NCBI GenBank assembly: GCA_910586625.1
Contig: CAJUIZ010000009.1
Coordinates: 5,383 to 69,382 of the forward strand
DNA length: 64,000 bases
Direction of reading: 5' to 3'
From: an uncultured Christensenellaceae bacterium
Lineage (GTDB): Bacteria > Bacillota > Clostridia > Christensenellales > CAG-314
The notes under the pieces were generated by a model that saw only the letters and a program-made list of their open reading frames with translations, had not been told where the DNA came from and did no database searches. Of this stretch, positions 49,231-58,248 are shown piece after piece (the stretch's first letter is position 1; the number at the start of each line of letters is the position of its first letter). The position numbers and the translations under genes are program-made.

Positions 49231-49429
49231 CCGCAGCCGATTAACGCTTTGGAATCGTAGTTGAATACTATTGTTTTGTATTTGAACGTATAATAGCATA
49301 CGAACAGCCATTAACTGCGTTAATCTACAACAAACTGCTATAAATTACTCGCTATTACATCGTATCACATTGATGATAATGTATTGCGATATATTTTGTT
49401 CGTGTTCGATATAATAAAGTATTTCGATT

Positions 49430-49461
49430 GCGGCGCGAATAACGCGCCGCGTCATTTTTTA
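49430..49461 (+). terminator. Intrinsic terminator
   Basis: GCGGCGCG pairs with CGCGCCGC, followed by GTCATTTTTT. Confidence 0.6.
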
Positions 49462-49679
49462 TTTGGGTTATACGAGCTGTAACAGACGTAAAAATCGATA
49501 AAATCTATGCTGTTACAGCCGAGAAAATCACTGCACGTCGCAGTAGACGGCAACGGTAATAGATACGCTCTGTATCGAGATACTTTAACGTCGTTTGCAG
49601 TTTATATCATTTTGTTTGACATTTTGAGTCTGTCGGCAATATAATACGTTAAACACCCATTGTAACGGAGATTTGAATT

Positions 49680-50150
49680 ATGGCTGACAATAATAAAATA
49701 ACTTTTTCTGCTAACAGCGTTGTAAGCTGCGTACTGTACGCAGTGATAGGTATACTGCTTATTGCGTTAAGATCCGGCTCGCTTGGAATTTTGTTTACGG
49801 TAGTGGGCGTGCTATTCGTAGCTATGGGCATATACGACTTTGTAAAACGTCTGTATACTCGCGGCGCAGTGGAAACTGTGGTGGGAGTCGTGATACTTGT
49901 GTGCGGTTGGACTGTCGCCGAGTGGGTGCTTTTGATTTTCGGGGTACTGCTGATAATCAAGGGCGTGCTGGATATCGTCAACAATTACAAAAGCGGCTTC
50001 AAAGCGATTATTTCTCCTATCGTAATTACGGTAATAGGTGTGGTGCTTGTTGTCTCCAAATTTGCGCTTATAGACGTAATGTGTATCGTTGCGGGAGTTA
50101 TTTTCCTTGTAAACGCCGTGCTGATATTATTCGATCGGCAAATAGTGTAA
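49680..50150 (+). CDS. Hypothetical small membrane protein (4-5 TM helices)
   Basis: The protein is hydrophobic throughout. A TTGACA-18-TATAAT promoter lies at 49616-49645. Confidence 0.6.
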   Translation: MADNNKITFSANSVVSCVLYAVIGILLIALRSGSLGILFTVVGVLFVAMGIYDFVKRLYTRGAVETVVGVVILVCGWTVAEWVLLIFGVLLIIKGVLDIVNNYKSGFKAIISPIVITVIGVVLVVSKFALIDVMCIVAGVIFLVNAVLILFDRQIV

Positions 50151-50329
50151 CAATTACGATTGTTTTTCGTATACGATTTGCTGCGAAGTAAATTTTGCCT
50201 ATTGAAAAGACGCAGGCTATGTGTGTTGTTAGATAGATTTGTTTTGCCGTTCGTTTGGGAGTGTATTATAGGTTTGCGAATTCCCGTTTACAAAGGAAAT
50301 GTTACGGCTGAATAAGTAACAAAAAACGC

Positions 50330-50358
50330 TTGCCAATAATCGCCAATGCTGATATAAT
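50330..50358 (+). promoter_or_regulatory. Sigma-A-type promoter of the tRNA pair
   Basis: TTGCCA (50330-50335), a 17-nt spacer, then TATAAT (50353-50358). Confidence 0.6.
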
Positions 50359-50376
50359 GTATAAGCAAATCGATAC

Positions 50377-50452
50377 GGGCGATTAGCTCAGTTGGTAGAG
50401 CGCTGCGTTCGCAACGCAGAGGTCGAGGGTTCGACTCCCTTATCGTCCACCA
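50377..50452 (+). tRNA. tRNA-Ala (anticodon CGC), CCA encoded
   Basis: The cloverleaf folds by hand. The acceptor stem GGGCGAT/ATCGTCC has G3:U70. The anticodon loop is TTCGCAA and the T-loop is TTCGACT. Confidence 0.9.
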
Positions 50453-50456
50453 ATAC

Positions 50457-50532
50457 GGGGGCATGGCGCAGTTGGTAGCGCGTTTGACTGGCAGTCAAAA
50501 GGTCAGGGATTCGAATTCCCTTGTCTCCACCA
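50457..50532 (+). tRNA. tRNA-Ala (anticodon GGC), CCA encoded
   Basis: The acceptor stem GGGGGCA/TGTCTCC has G3:U70. The anticodon stem is TTTGA/TCAAA with loop CTGGCAG, and the T-loop is TTCGAAT. Confidence 0.85.
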
Positions 50533-50583
50533 AATTTTACCCAGTCAAACCTTGCGGTTTGATTGGGTATTGTATTATAATGT

Positions 50584-51321
50584 ATGGACGAACAAAATAA
50601 CTTATCTTATACTAAATTGTTGCTCTTGACGCTTATTCCGAGTATAGTGTCAACGGCGCTGTATATAACAATCGGTACATATTGGCAAGGTATTCCGTCT
50701 ATATGTTTGTTTTTGATTGTATTTTTGTTTACTCTTGTACCCTTTGAATTATGCGTTGTGTTATACGCTAATAAAAAACAAAACGGCAAGTTCGGATTAA
50801 AAATCGCTTTTACCGCTTACGAAAAACAAAAGTGGTGGAAAACCTTACTTTGGAGCGTTGTACTGTTTGCATTTGCGGGAATCATTTCTTTTACTTTGGG
50901 CAAAATCGAAAACAAATTGACGGCGGACTTATCTTCGCGGTTGTACTCGAAATTGGGGGAATATTTTAATTGGAATAACTTTGAACTGATTAAAACATAT
51001 CCGAAAGGATTATTGATATTTACAAGCATTTTGTACGTAATTACAAATGCCTTCATATTTCCCGTTGTGGAAGAGATATATTTCAGAGGCTACTTGACAA
51101 GTAATTTGCCAAAGCAAGGTTTATTTGTTCCCGTTACCGTGTCTGTTTTGTTTTCTTTGTATCATTTGTGGCTGCCGTTCAATAACGTTTTTAGAATTAC
51201 AGTATTTGTTATTGCCTATGTTGTAACTTACAAAAAGAAAGATATCGGCATAGCCGTGGTGTTTCATTGCTTATGTAATCTGTTTTCGAGCGTAAGTTTT
51301 ATTATCTCGATTTTTAATTGA
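50584..51321 (+). CDS. CPBP-family (CAAX/Abi) intramembrane metalloprotease
   Basis: Motifs EEIYFRGYL (EExxxR), FSLYHLW and FHCLCNLF (HxxxN) are present. GC content is low. Confidence 0.85.
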   Translation: MDEQNNLSYTKLLLLTLIPSIVSTALYITIGTYWQGIPSICLFLIVFLFTLVPFELCVVLYANKKQNGKFGLKIAFTAYEKQKWWKTLLWSVVLFAFAGIISFTLGKIENKLTADLSSRLYSKLGEYFNWNNFELIKTYPKGLLIFTSILYVITNAFIFPVVEEIYFRGYLTSNLPKQGLFVPVTVSVLFSLYHLWLPFNNVFRITVFVIAYVVTYKKKDIGIAVVFHCLCNLFSSVSFIISIFN

Positions 51322-51483
51322 TGGAAATTGGAATTTAGCGTTGATTATTCATTTTGGGTTTAATTCTCCGACAATCCGATTACGCTATGCGCGATTGCTT
51401 TTTTACAGACACAGCTTGCATTTATTTAATAAATGTTATATAATTATTTGTACGTCAAACGGTAATAACGGAGATAAAATACA

Positions 51484-51897
51484 ATGGACAAAGAGCGAAT
51501 TTTTCGATTTATATCAAAACAAAAAACGGCGTTTATTGCTTCCGTTAACGAGCAAGGCTGTCCCGTAATAAGGGCTATGCTTGCACCCCGTAAAATAGAC
51601 GGAAACGATATTTATTTTTCTACTAACACGTCGTCCAACAAAGTCAAGCAGTACTTGGCAAACAATAAAGCTTGCATTTATTTTTATAAACGCGGAAAAA
51701 TAAAGTATCAAGGCGTTACTATAATAGGCGAAATGCAGGTTTGCACCGACCAAGAGACAAAAGACGGGATGTGGCGTTTTGGCGACAGACTGTTTTACAA
51801 GCAAGGCGTAACCGATCCCGATTATTGCGTATTGAAATTTACGGGCAAAACCGCCGAATATTATTGCGACTTTAAGATAGAAACAATAGAACTGTAA
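51484..51897 (+). CDS. Pyridoxamine 5'-phosphate oxidase-family (FMN-binding split barrel) protein
   Basis: The pattern is KTAFIASVNEQGCPVIRAM...IYFSTNTSSNKVKQYLANNKACIYF. Confidence 0.7.
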   Translation: MDKERIFRFISKQKTAFIASVNEQGCPVIRAMLAPRKIDGNDIYFSTNTSSNKVKQYLANNKACIYFYKRGKIKYQGVTIIGEMQVCTDQETKDGMWRFGDRLFYKQGVTDPDYCVLKFTGKTAEYYCDFKIETIEL

Positions 51898-51953
51898 GCG
51901 CCGATTTATATGTTGCCGTTCCGAGTCGGTTTTTAGTTGGAAGGAGAAATTAT

Positions 51954-52532
51954 ATGCGTACTTATTCCGATAAAGTATTTACGGGTATTGTCAAAGAACG
52001 CATCGATATAACCGACTGCGAGTTTATTTATTGTACGTTTGAAAAATGTAAGTTTGTAGATTGCGTTTTTATAAACTGCGTTTTTTCGGAGTGTAAATTT
52101 GTTGAGTGTTCTATCGCAAATATGCAGGTCAAGGAATCGCGTATGTCGTATTCGTCATTTGTCAAGTGTTCGTTGGTAAGCATACGTTGGGAAAATTTGC
52201 AATCGGGTTCGGTGTTTTATCCTATCGAAAAACTCGATAGCTGTTATTTGAAATATAACGAGTTTGAGAATATGAGCTTTAAGAAGTTCGACTTTATGCA
52301 GTCGAGTATTGTAGATTCCGTTTTTGTCGGGTGCAATTTGAGCGAAAGCATTATGAAAAACTGCGATTTGAAAAACACCGAATTTACCGATTGCGATTTA
52401 AGAAAAAGCGATTTTCGCCATGCAAGCGGCTACAACGTAAGCCTGTTAAACAACCGCGTAAAAGGCGCAAGGTTTTCTTATCCGGACGTTCTCAATCTGC
52501 TAAGCGTGTTCGATATCGGCATTGAACAATAA
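51954..52532 (+). CDS. Pentapeptide-repeat protein, Qnr/MfpA-like
   Basis: The 192-aa protein has continuous A(D/N)LxX-type pentapeptide repeats (DCEFIYCTFEKCKFVDCVFINCVFSECKFVECS...CNLSESIMKNCDLKNTEFTDCDLRKSDFRHAS). There is a central break, as in Qnr. Confidence 0.8.
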   Translation: MRTYSDKVFTGIVKERIDITDCEFIYCTFEKCKFVDCVFINCVFSECKFVECSIANMQVKESRMSYSSFVKCSLVSIRWENLQSGSVFYPIEKLDSCYLKYNEFENMSFKKFDFMQSSIVDSVFVGCNLSESIMKNCDLKNTEFTDCDLRKSDFRHASGYNVSLLNNRVKGARFSYPDVLNLLSVFDIGIEQ

Positions 52533-52653
52533 TCCGTTTTATTCGTTTGCGTTTTCAAACGGAAAGAAATCCCGCTTGCGATCTTGGGCTTTCTGCGTTT
52601 TATACGGCATAACATAAAGGACCGCACGCACGAAAATATAAGGAGTTAACAAA

Positions 52654-53019
52654 ATGAAAATAGAAAAGATTACTTGCAACAACGTAGATATTGCGCGCGT
52701 TGACGCGGCGGAAGTCGTTATCGTCGATTCGCAATCGGCTATCGACCTAATGATGACCGTAAACTACGAAACCGGTGTAAAAAATATCGCAATATCCAAG
52801 GACTTGATTGCAGACGAATTCTTTGTGCTAAGCAGCGGTCTTGCCGGCGAGATTTTACAAAAATTCGTCAATTATCAATTCCGTATAGCAATTTACGGAG
52901 ACTATACTAAATATACAAGTAAGCCGTTAAAGGATTTTATATACGAGAGCAATAACGGCAAAGACGTATTTTTTGTAGACAGCTTCGAAGCCGCCGTCGA
53001 TAAATTGAGCTTGAAATAA
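52654..53019 (+). CDS. DUF4180-family protein
   Basis: The pattern is DSQSAIDLMMTVNYETGVKNIAISKDLIADEFFVLSSGLAGEILQKFVNYQFRIAIYGD. The assignment is from memory. Confidence 0.6.
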   Translation: MKIEKITCNNVDIARVDAAEVVIVDSQSAIDLMMTVNYETGVKNIAISKDLIADEFFVLSSGLAGEILQKFVNYQFRIAIYGDYTKYTSKPLKDFIYESNNGKDVFFVDSFEAAVDKLSLK

Positions 53020-53153
53020 CAATGTTTCAAGCTTAATAAATATTATACCGCGTATTACGCTGCCGTTGCTTTTGGGGATATAACCCGATTATTCGACGGA
53101 TTAGGAGATTGTTCTATGAATAAGCGTAAAGACACAATAAAGGAAGCATTGCA

Positions 53154-53714
53154 ATGGGTGATATTTTGCATTTTGGCAACAGAGCCGAATTCAGAAAATG
53201 GCTAAGCGAGAATTGTTCGTCTAAGGACGGCGTTTGGATTTTGTTTGGCAAAACGGACGAGATAAATACAGTCTCTGCGGAAGAAGCGTTGGAAGAAGCA
53301 CTTTGCTTCGGTTGGATAGACGGTCAAATGCAGCGTATAGACGACAAAACGTATAAAAAGTATTTTACAATGCGCCGCGCGAAAAGCAATTGGTCGGAGA
53401 AAAACAAATCTTTGGCAATCAACCTTGAAAAACGCGGACTGATGACCGATTACGGAAGGGCGAAGATAGAAGAAGCAAAACAAAACGGGCAGTGGAACGC
53501 TTCGAAGCCGCAGGCTGTTACCGACGGGCAGATTTGTTTGTTGTCCGATATATTAAAGGCTTTCGAGCCCGCCTACACCAATTTTCAAGCTATGTCTCCG
53601 TCCGTTAAGAAGACTTACACGCGGGCATATTTGGACGCTAAAACCGACGACGGACGGCGGCGGCGAATTGCTTGGATTGTCGACAGGCTTAACAAAAATC
53701 TCAAACCTATGTGA
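53154..53714 (+). CDS. YdeI/OmpD-associated family protein
   Basis: It contains FRKWLSEN...GVWILFGK...EEALCFGWIDGQ. Confidence 0.7.
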   Translation: MGDILHFGNRAEFRKWLSENCSSKDGVWILFGKTDEINTVSAEEALEEALCFGWIDGQMQRIDDKTYKKYFTMRRAKSNWSEKNKSLAINLEKRGLMTDYGRAKIEEAKQNGQWNASKPQAVTDGQICLLSDILKAFEPAYTNFQAMSPSVKKTYTRAYLDAKTDDGRRRRIAWIVDRLNKNLKPM

Positions 53715-53752
53715 ACGTAAGGGACTTGCGGTATGCAAGCGATACAATTACT

Positions 53753-54310
53753 ATGCAAAAAAACGAGCTTCGAAATATTCGTATAATACGCGTCGGCGAC
53801 GGTTTCAACGAAAAGTCTTTGGACGGATTTATTGTGCGGCAACGCGTTACGCATTGTTGGCGCAAAGTAGACGGCGGCTATAAGCTTGTTCCCGTTCGTT
53901 ATACGGAAGAATGGAAGTTGTCCGAGCGTAGGGTAAAGGCTCGCAGCGTAATCTCCGCAGTAAAGCGCGGCGCGGCGGCATTTGCCGCGATTGCTGAAAA
54001 TGCGGTCGTCGGTTTTGCTCTCGTATCGAACGACCTTTTCGGAAGCGAAGCGCAGTTTGCCGAATTAGTCGAGTTTTACGTCTCCGAACCCTTCCGCAGG
54101 CGTGGGATAGGGCGGCGGCTTTTTGAATTTGCGTGTCGTCAGGCTAAGGAATTCGGCGCAAAAAAGTTATACGTATCGGCGCATTCCGCCAAGGAAAGCG
54201 CGGCGGCATACCAAAAGTACGGCTTCGTATTTACGCAAGAACCGGACGCGGCGCATATAGACAAGGAACCTTGCGATTTGCAGTTGGAATACGACTTGTC
54301 CGCATTTTAG
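53753..54310 (+). CDS. GNAT-family N-acetyltransferase
   Basis: Motif A is present (FYVSEPFRRRGIGRRLFEFA). A GTG at 53711 that overlaps the previous stop is an alternative start. Confidence 0.75.
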   Translation: MQKNELRNIRIIRVGDGFNEKSLDGFIVRQRVTHCWRKVDGGYKLVPVRYTEEWKLSERRVKARSVISAVKRGAAAFAAIAENAVVGFALVSNDLFGSEAQFAELVEFYVSEPFRRRGIGRRLFEFACRQAKEFGAKKLYVSAHSAKESAAAYQKYGFVFTQEPDAAHIDKEPCDLQLEYDLSAF

Positions 54311-54380
54311 CGGATAATGTACGGAATAATGCTTTCCAAACGTAGTAGTTAGAATATAGGTGGACACGGGCAGGTGAATT

Positions 54381-55061
54381 ATGCGGCAAAGGACAAAAGT
54401 ACTTTTTATAGGCAACAGCTTTACTTTTTACAGCGATATACCCGATATTTTTCGAAAATTAGCGGACGGCGCGAAGGAATCGGTCGCGGTGGAATCCGTT
54501 ACGAAGGGCGCGTACACTTTGTCTAAATTTGCCGATTCCGCAGACGCTTTCGGTAAAATCGTAGACGATAAATTGCGTTCGTCCGACGACTACGACGTAG
54601 TAATACTTCAAGAGCAAAGTATGCGTCCGCTGGGTGACTACGACGGTTTTTGGACGGCGGTCAAGTCGTTGAAGGATAAAATCGAAAATACGCAAAAAAA
54701 TTGCCGAATTTATTTGTATTCCACTTGGGGGTATGCTGCGGGGGCCGATTCGCTTGGCGTTACCGTCGTGCAAATGGAACAATGTCTGACCGACGCGTAT
54801 AATAGCGTCGCGGCGGAAACGGGGACGAAGGTGTGCTACGTCGGTAAGGCGTTTAGTAGCGCGTACGTCGAGCATACGGAAATCGATTTGTATTATACCG
54901 ATGCCAAGCACCCGTCCTATGCGGGAGCTTTTCTCTCGGCGTGCGTGCACGCGGCGACCGTATTGGGTATTAACCCGTGCGATTCGGCATTCGCAGGCGA
55001 ATTGGATGAACAAACGGCTTCCGTGCTCAAACAAATCGCCCTATCGGCTGTTGCAGGTTGA
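54381..55061 (+). CDS. SGNH/GDSL-like hydrolase (DUF4886-like)
   Basis: It contains VLFIGNSFT (block I), VILQEQS and DAKHPS (block V-like). Confidence 0.65.
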   Translation: MRQRTKVLFIGNSFTFYSDIPDIFRKLADGAKESVAVESVTKGAYTLSKFADSADAFGKIVDDKLRSSDDYDVVILQEQSMRPLGDYDGFWTAVKSLKDKIENTQKNCRIYLYSTWGYAAGADSLGVTVVQMEQCLTDAYNSVAAETGTKVCYVGKAFSSAYVEHTEIDLYYTDAKHPSYAGAFLSACVHAATVLGINPCDSAFAGELDEQTASVLKQIALSAVAG

Positions 55062-55205
55062 CCTTGCGCGTAAGGCTTTGCGGCAGCGTTGGAAGCTTCG
55101 CTCGCAATGCGGTTGCGTATAACGTTGTGTTTCGGCTTGTGTGTTGTTAACGTCTTTTATATGCCGTTGTACTAAGCGTTAGTCAACGTCGAGTAGTGTA
55201 ACGTT

Positions 55206-55241
55206 CAAGCGTTCGGGCTTTTGTCCGAACGCTTGTTTTTG
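55206..55241 (+). terminator. Intrinsic terminator
   Basis: CAAGCGTTCGG pairs with CCGAACGCTTG, followed by TTTTT. Confidence 0.85.
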
Positions 55242-55387
55242 CGCTTAAAGTTTGTATGCAGTGCGGAAGTATGTATTAAATCGGTTTGAGTGACGACGTG
55301 GTTTTTTTGTTCGCAACGGCTTGAAATAATCGTACTATTGTGCTAAACTGTCTGTATGTAAAAAGCTTGTGTAATTAGGAGTATCTA

Positions 55388-57391
55388 ATGAATAACAAAT
55401 TGCTCGATTGTTTCGTAAAGTTTTTACTTGTAACGTTTATTATTACGATGGCGGCTGCTTTAACCGTAGCGTTTGCCGCGTGTCAGTGCGTACACGACTA
55501 CGCCTCGGAAGTAACGCAGGAAGCCACGTGCGTAAGCGACGGCGTTATAACGTATACTTGCAAAAAGTGCGGCGACAGCTATCAAGTGGAGACATCTAAG
55601 ACGGAGCATGAACTTGTAAGTAAAACGGAAGGAGATACAAAGCATAGCTTCCAATGCAAGCATTGCGATTACAAGACCGACCCCGTAGCCCACGTTTACG
55701 ATACGCTCGTTCAAGGCGCGGGCGAACCTTCCACCTGTTCGAAAAAAGGTTTCGAAGTTTACAGGTGCGACTGCGGAGCCGTCGTAAAACGCGAATTACA
55801 GCTTGCCGAGCACAAGCTAAGCTTCGTCAGGACGGATACGCAGCATTACGAAAAATGCTCTCAATGCAACTACAAAACGTCAGAAACAGCGCACGATTAC
55901 TCTAAGACCGTATCGAGTACTTCGTCTACGTGCTCGACAAACGGCACGGTTGTTACCGAATGCGTCTGCGGTCAACGCAAAACTGACGAGCTTCCGACGG
56001 TGGGACACGATTACTCCGCTTATGCTACGACGGAAAATGCAGACAAGCATTGGAAGGCTTGCAAGTGGTGCTCGGTAAAACAAGACGGCTCGGATGAGCT
56101 TCATCAAGAAGGGCAGATGGTCGGTTACGGCGAAGGAGACTGTCAAAACCATCCGTACGAGACGTACAACTGTCCCTTGTGCAACGCAAACGTCAAGTAC
56201 GAACAAGACGGCTACGGCAAGCACAACGCCGTCAGGCGCCCTGCCTGCGAGCCGACCGATTACGAAGACGGCAATTACGAATACTACGAGTGCACCGTAA
56301 AGGGCTGCGGCAAGTATTTCAGCGGCGAAGGCGCGGGCAGAGAGCTGAATTGGGAACAGGATATTTTCCGTCCGCGTAAAGTTGTAATTATAGAAGACTA
56401 CTCCGATGTGACTGCGGTAGCGCAAACGCTTAGCGACGGTCAAGTTTCGGCGCAGTATTATCAGTTGGACGCCAAGTTCGGCGATTACGACGAAGATTCG
56501 GTTATATTCTCCGATAAGGCCGACAACGTGTTTTTGACGGGTACGAACATCGGCGTAGACTTGACTGTTCTTGCCGAAGACGACGTTGTAACGCTAAGGT
56601 TCAAGGTTAAAAGCAACAACGGCGAAGCCGAGCTTGTCGGCGCAACGGTTATCGACATTGTTACAAGTGATAAGCTGTCCGTTACGCTTAGCTGTAAGTT
56701 GGAAAACGAAGTACAAGATTATATGGTTTACTTTGCCGTAAACGTAGTAGGCGGCAAGTCTTACGAGTACGCTTATAACGGAGTTACGCGTTTTATAAAC
56801 GTTTTGAACGCGGGCGATAAAATCTATTTTACCTGTTCAGTCAATGCGTATAATATCGATGTCGAATTGAAAAGTCTTACTGTCAACGGCAAAGCTTATG
56901 TTTTGACAGGCGGCAGGACGGCAGAAATAACCGTTACGGAAGATATATCCGCAGAGTTTGTTTTCGCCGAATACGCCGAGCAGTCTGTGGAAATCAAGCC
57001 GATAGATACTTCGTTGTTTAACAAAGACATAAACGTAAACGATTATGTAAGCTACCGCTACAACGGCGGAACTAACGCTAACGGACGTTTGCACAAGAAT
57101 TCGCTTACGGCGTTTACCGTAAACAACGCCAACGTTACCCGTATCAAAATAGTTTACGAACGGTACGAAAGCAACGATTACGATATATCTGACGTTGCGA
57201 AAAACGTAATTAGGGCGGGTACGGACAAGGAACACGCTCGTGAAGTCGTTTATTCTGTCGTCGGCTACGAAGCCGCGGTGGATTTATCGAACGGAACGGT
57301 AAGCTATTTCGAATACTCTGCGACGGCAAGCATAGCGCGTATTTTATCTATCACTGTTTATTACGAAGCGAACAACACCTTTGCCGCGTAA
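55388..57391 (+). CDS. Membrane-anchored extracytoplasmic protein with tandem Cys/His-rich modules
   Basis: It has an N-terminal TM helix (FLLVTFIITMAAALTVAFAA). About 270 aa of alternating C/H modules follow, then a roughly 370-aa beta-rich region. AGGAG lies upstream of the start. Confidence 0.7.
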   Translation: MNNKLLDCFVKFLLVTFIITMAAALTVAFAACQCVHDYASEVTQEATCVSDGVITYTCKKCGDSYQVETSKTEHELVSKTEGDTKHSFQCKHCDYKTDPVAHVYDTLVQGAGEPSTCSKKGFEVYRCDCGAVVKRELQLAEHKLSFVRTDTQHYEKCSQCNYKTSETAHDYSKTVSSTSSTCSTNGTVVTECVCGQRKTDELPTVGHDYSAYATTENADKHWKACKWCSVKQDGSDELHQEGQMVGYGEGDCQNHPYETYNCPLCNANVKYEQDGYGKHNAVRRPACEPTDYEDGNYEYYECTVKGCGKYFSGEGAGRELNWEQDIFRPRKVVIIEDYSDVTAVAQTLSDGQVSAQYYQLDAKFGDYDEDSVIFSDKADNVFLTGTNIGVDLTVLAEDDVVTLRFKVKSNNGEAELVGATVIDIVTSDKLSVTLSCKLENEVQDYMVYFAVNVVGGKSYEYAYNGVTRFINVLNAGDKIYFTCSVNAYNIDVELKSLTVNGKAYVLTGGRTAEITVTEDISAEFVFAEYAEQSVEIKPIDTSLFNKDINVNDYVSYRYNGGTNANGRLHKNSLTAFTVNNANVTRIKIVYERYESNDYDISDVAKNVIRAGTDKEHAREVVYSVVGYEAAVDLSNGTVSYFEYSATASIARILSITVYYEANNTFAA

Positions 57392-57438
57392 AAGGGCAAA
57401 TTGTTGACATACGTGTTGAATTTTGGTATATTTTGTAT

Positions 57439-58248
57439 ATGAAATGCGATTTACACATACATTCTAATTGCTCCGACGGCATTTTTCCGCCCGAAAAATT
57501 AGTGGAAATGGCGTACGCGCGCGGATTGGACTGTATAGCTGTTACCGACCACGATACTTTCGACGGCGTGCTGCGCGCCAAGACGCGCGCCAGGGAATTG
57601 GGTATGAAGTATCTTGTGGGCGCGGAGCTGTCCAGTGTCGGAACCTGCGAAGCGCACATATTGGCGTATAATGTCGACGTCGATTCCGACGAATTTCAAC
57701 AGGAGCTGTCGGCAATAGTCGATATGCGCAATAACCGCAACGCCGCTATCGTGCAAAAGCTTGCGGAGCACGGAATAAATATAAACCTTGACTCTCTTAG
57801 AAAGGAAGGTACGGTCGGGCGCGCCGTTATAGCGCGCGAAATGGTGCGGCAAGGCGTATGCCGAGACGTTCCCGAAGCGTTTGACAAGTATCTCGGCAAC
57901 GACAAGTGCTGTTACGTTTCGACCAAAAGGTTAACGCCTGTGCAAGCCGTGCAGTTTATTCTGCGCTACGGCGGTATCCCCGTGCTTGCTCACCCCAAAC
58001 AGCTGCGTTTAAGCGAAGCGGAATTTGAAAAATTTCTCAAACCGTTGGTTTTGTCGGGACTTGGCGGTATTGAAGCGCAGTATTTTACACATAATATGTC
58101 CGAGCGCAGTTTTTACGGAAAAATGGCGAAAAAATACAAACTTATAGTTACGGGCGGAAGCGATTTTCATGATTATACGCATGGAGTAGAGCTTGGAACG
58201 AAGAGTTTTTCGCCAAACGGATACACTCGGACGATATTGGGAATATGA
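57439..58248 (+). CDS. PHP-domain phosphoesterase (TrpH/YciV-like)
   Basis: It contains CDLHIHSNCSDG, AVTDHDT and GGSDFH. Confidence 0.85.
   Translation: MKCDLHIHSNCSDGIFPPEKLVEMAYARGLDCIAVTDHDTFDGVLRAKTRARELGMKYLVGAELSSVGTCEAHILAYNVDVDSDEFQQELSAIVDMRNNRNAAIVQKLAEHGININLDSLRKEGTVGRAVIAREMVRQGVCRDVPEAFDKYLGNDKCCYVSTKRLTPVQAVQFILRYGGIPVLAHPKQLRLSEAEFEKFLKPLVLSGLGGIEAQYFTHNMSERSFYGKMAKKYKLIVTGGSDFHDYTHGVELGTKSFSPNGYTRTILGI

Noticed and set aside
50533-53100. A search for an integrase, attachment-site repeats or IS ends flanking the low-GC islet next to the tRNA-Ala genes.
   Set aside because: No recombinase-like ORF and no copy of the tRNA 3' end were found by eye. The region therefore cannot be called a mobile element.
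53117-53206. An upstream ATG at 53117 with a strong AGGAG, giving a 29-codon ORF that overlaps the YdeI-like gene start in another frame. I considered it as a frameshifted N-terminus.
   Set aside because: The 53154 start already gives the family-typical N-terminus (…LHFGNRAEFRKWL…), so no frameshift is needed. The short ORF may be fortuitous.
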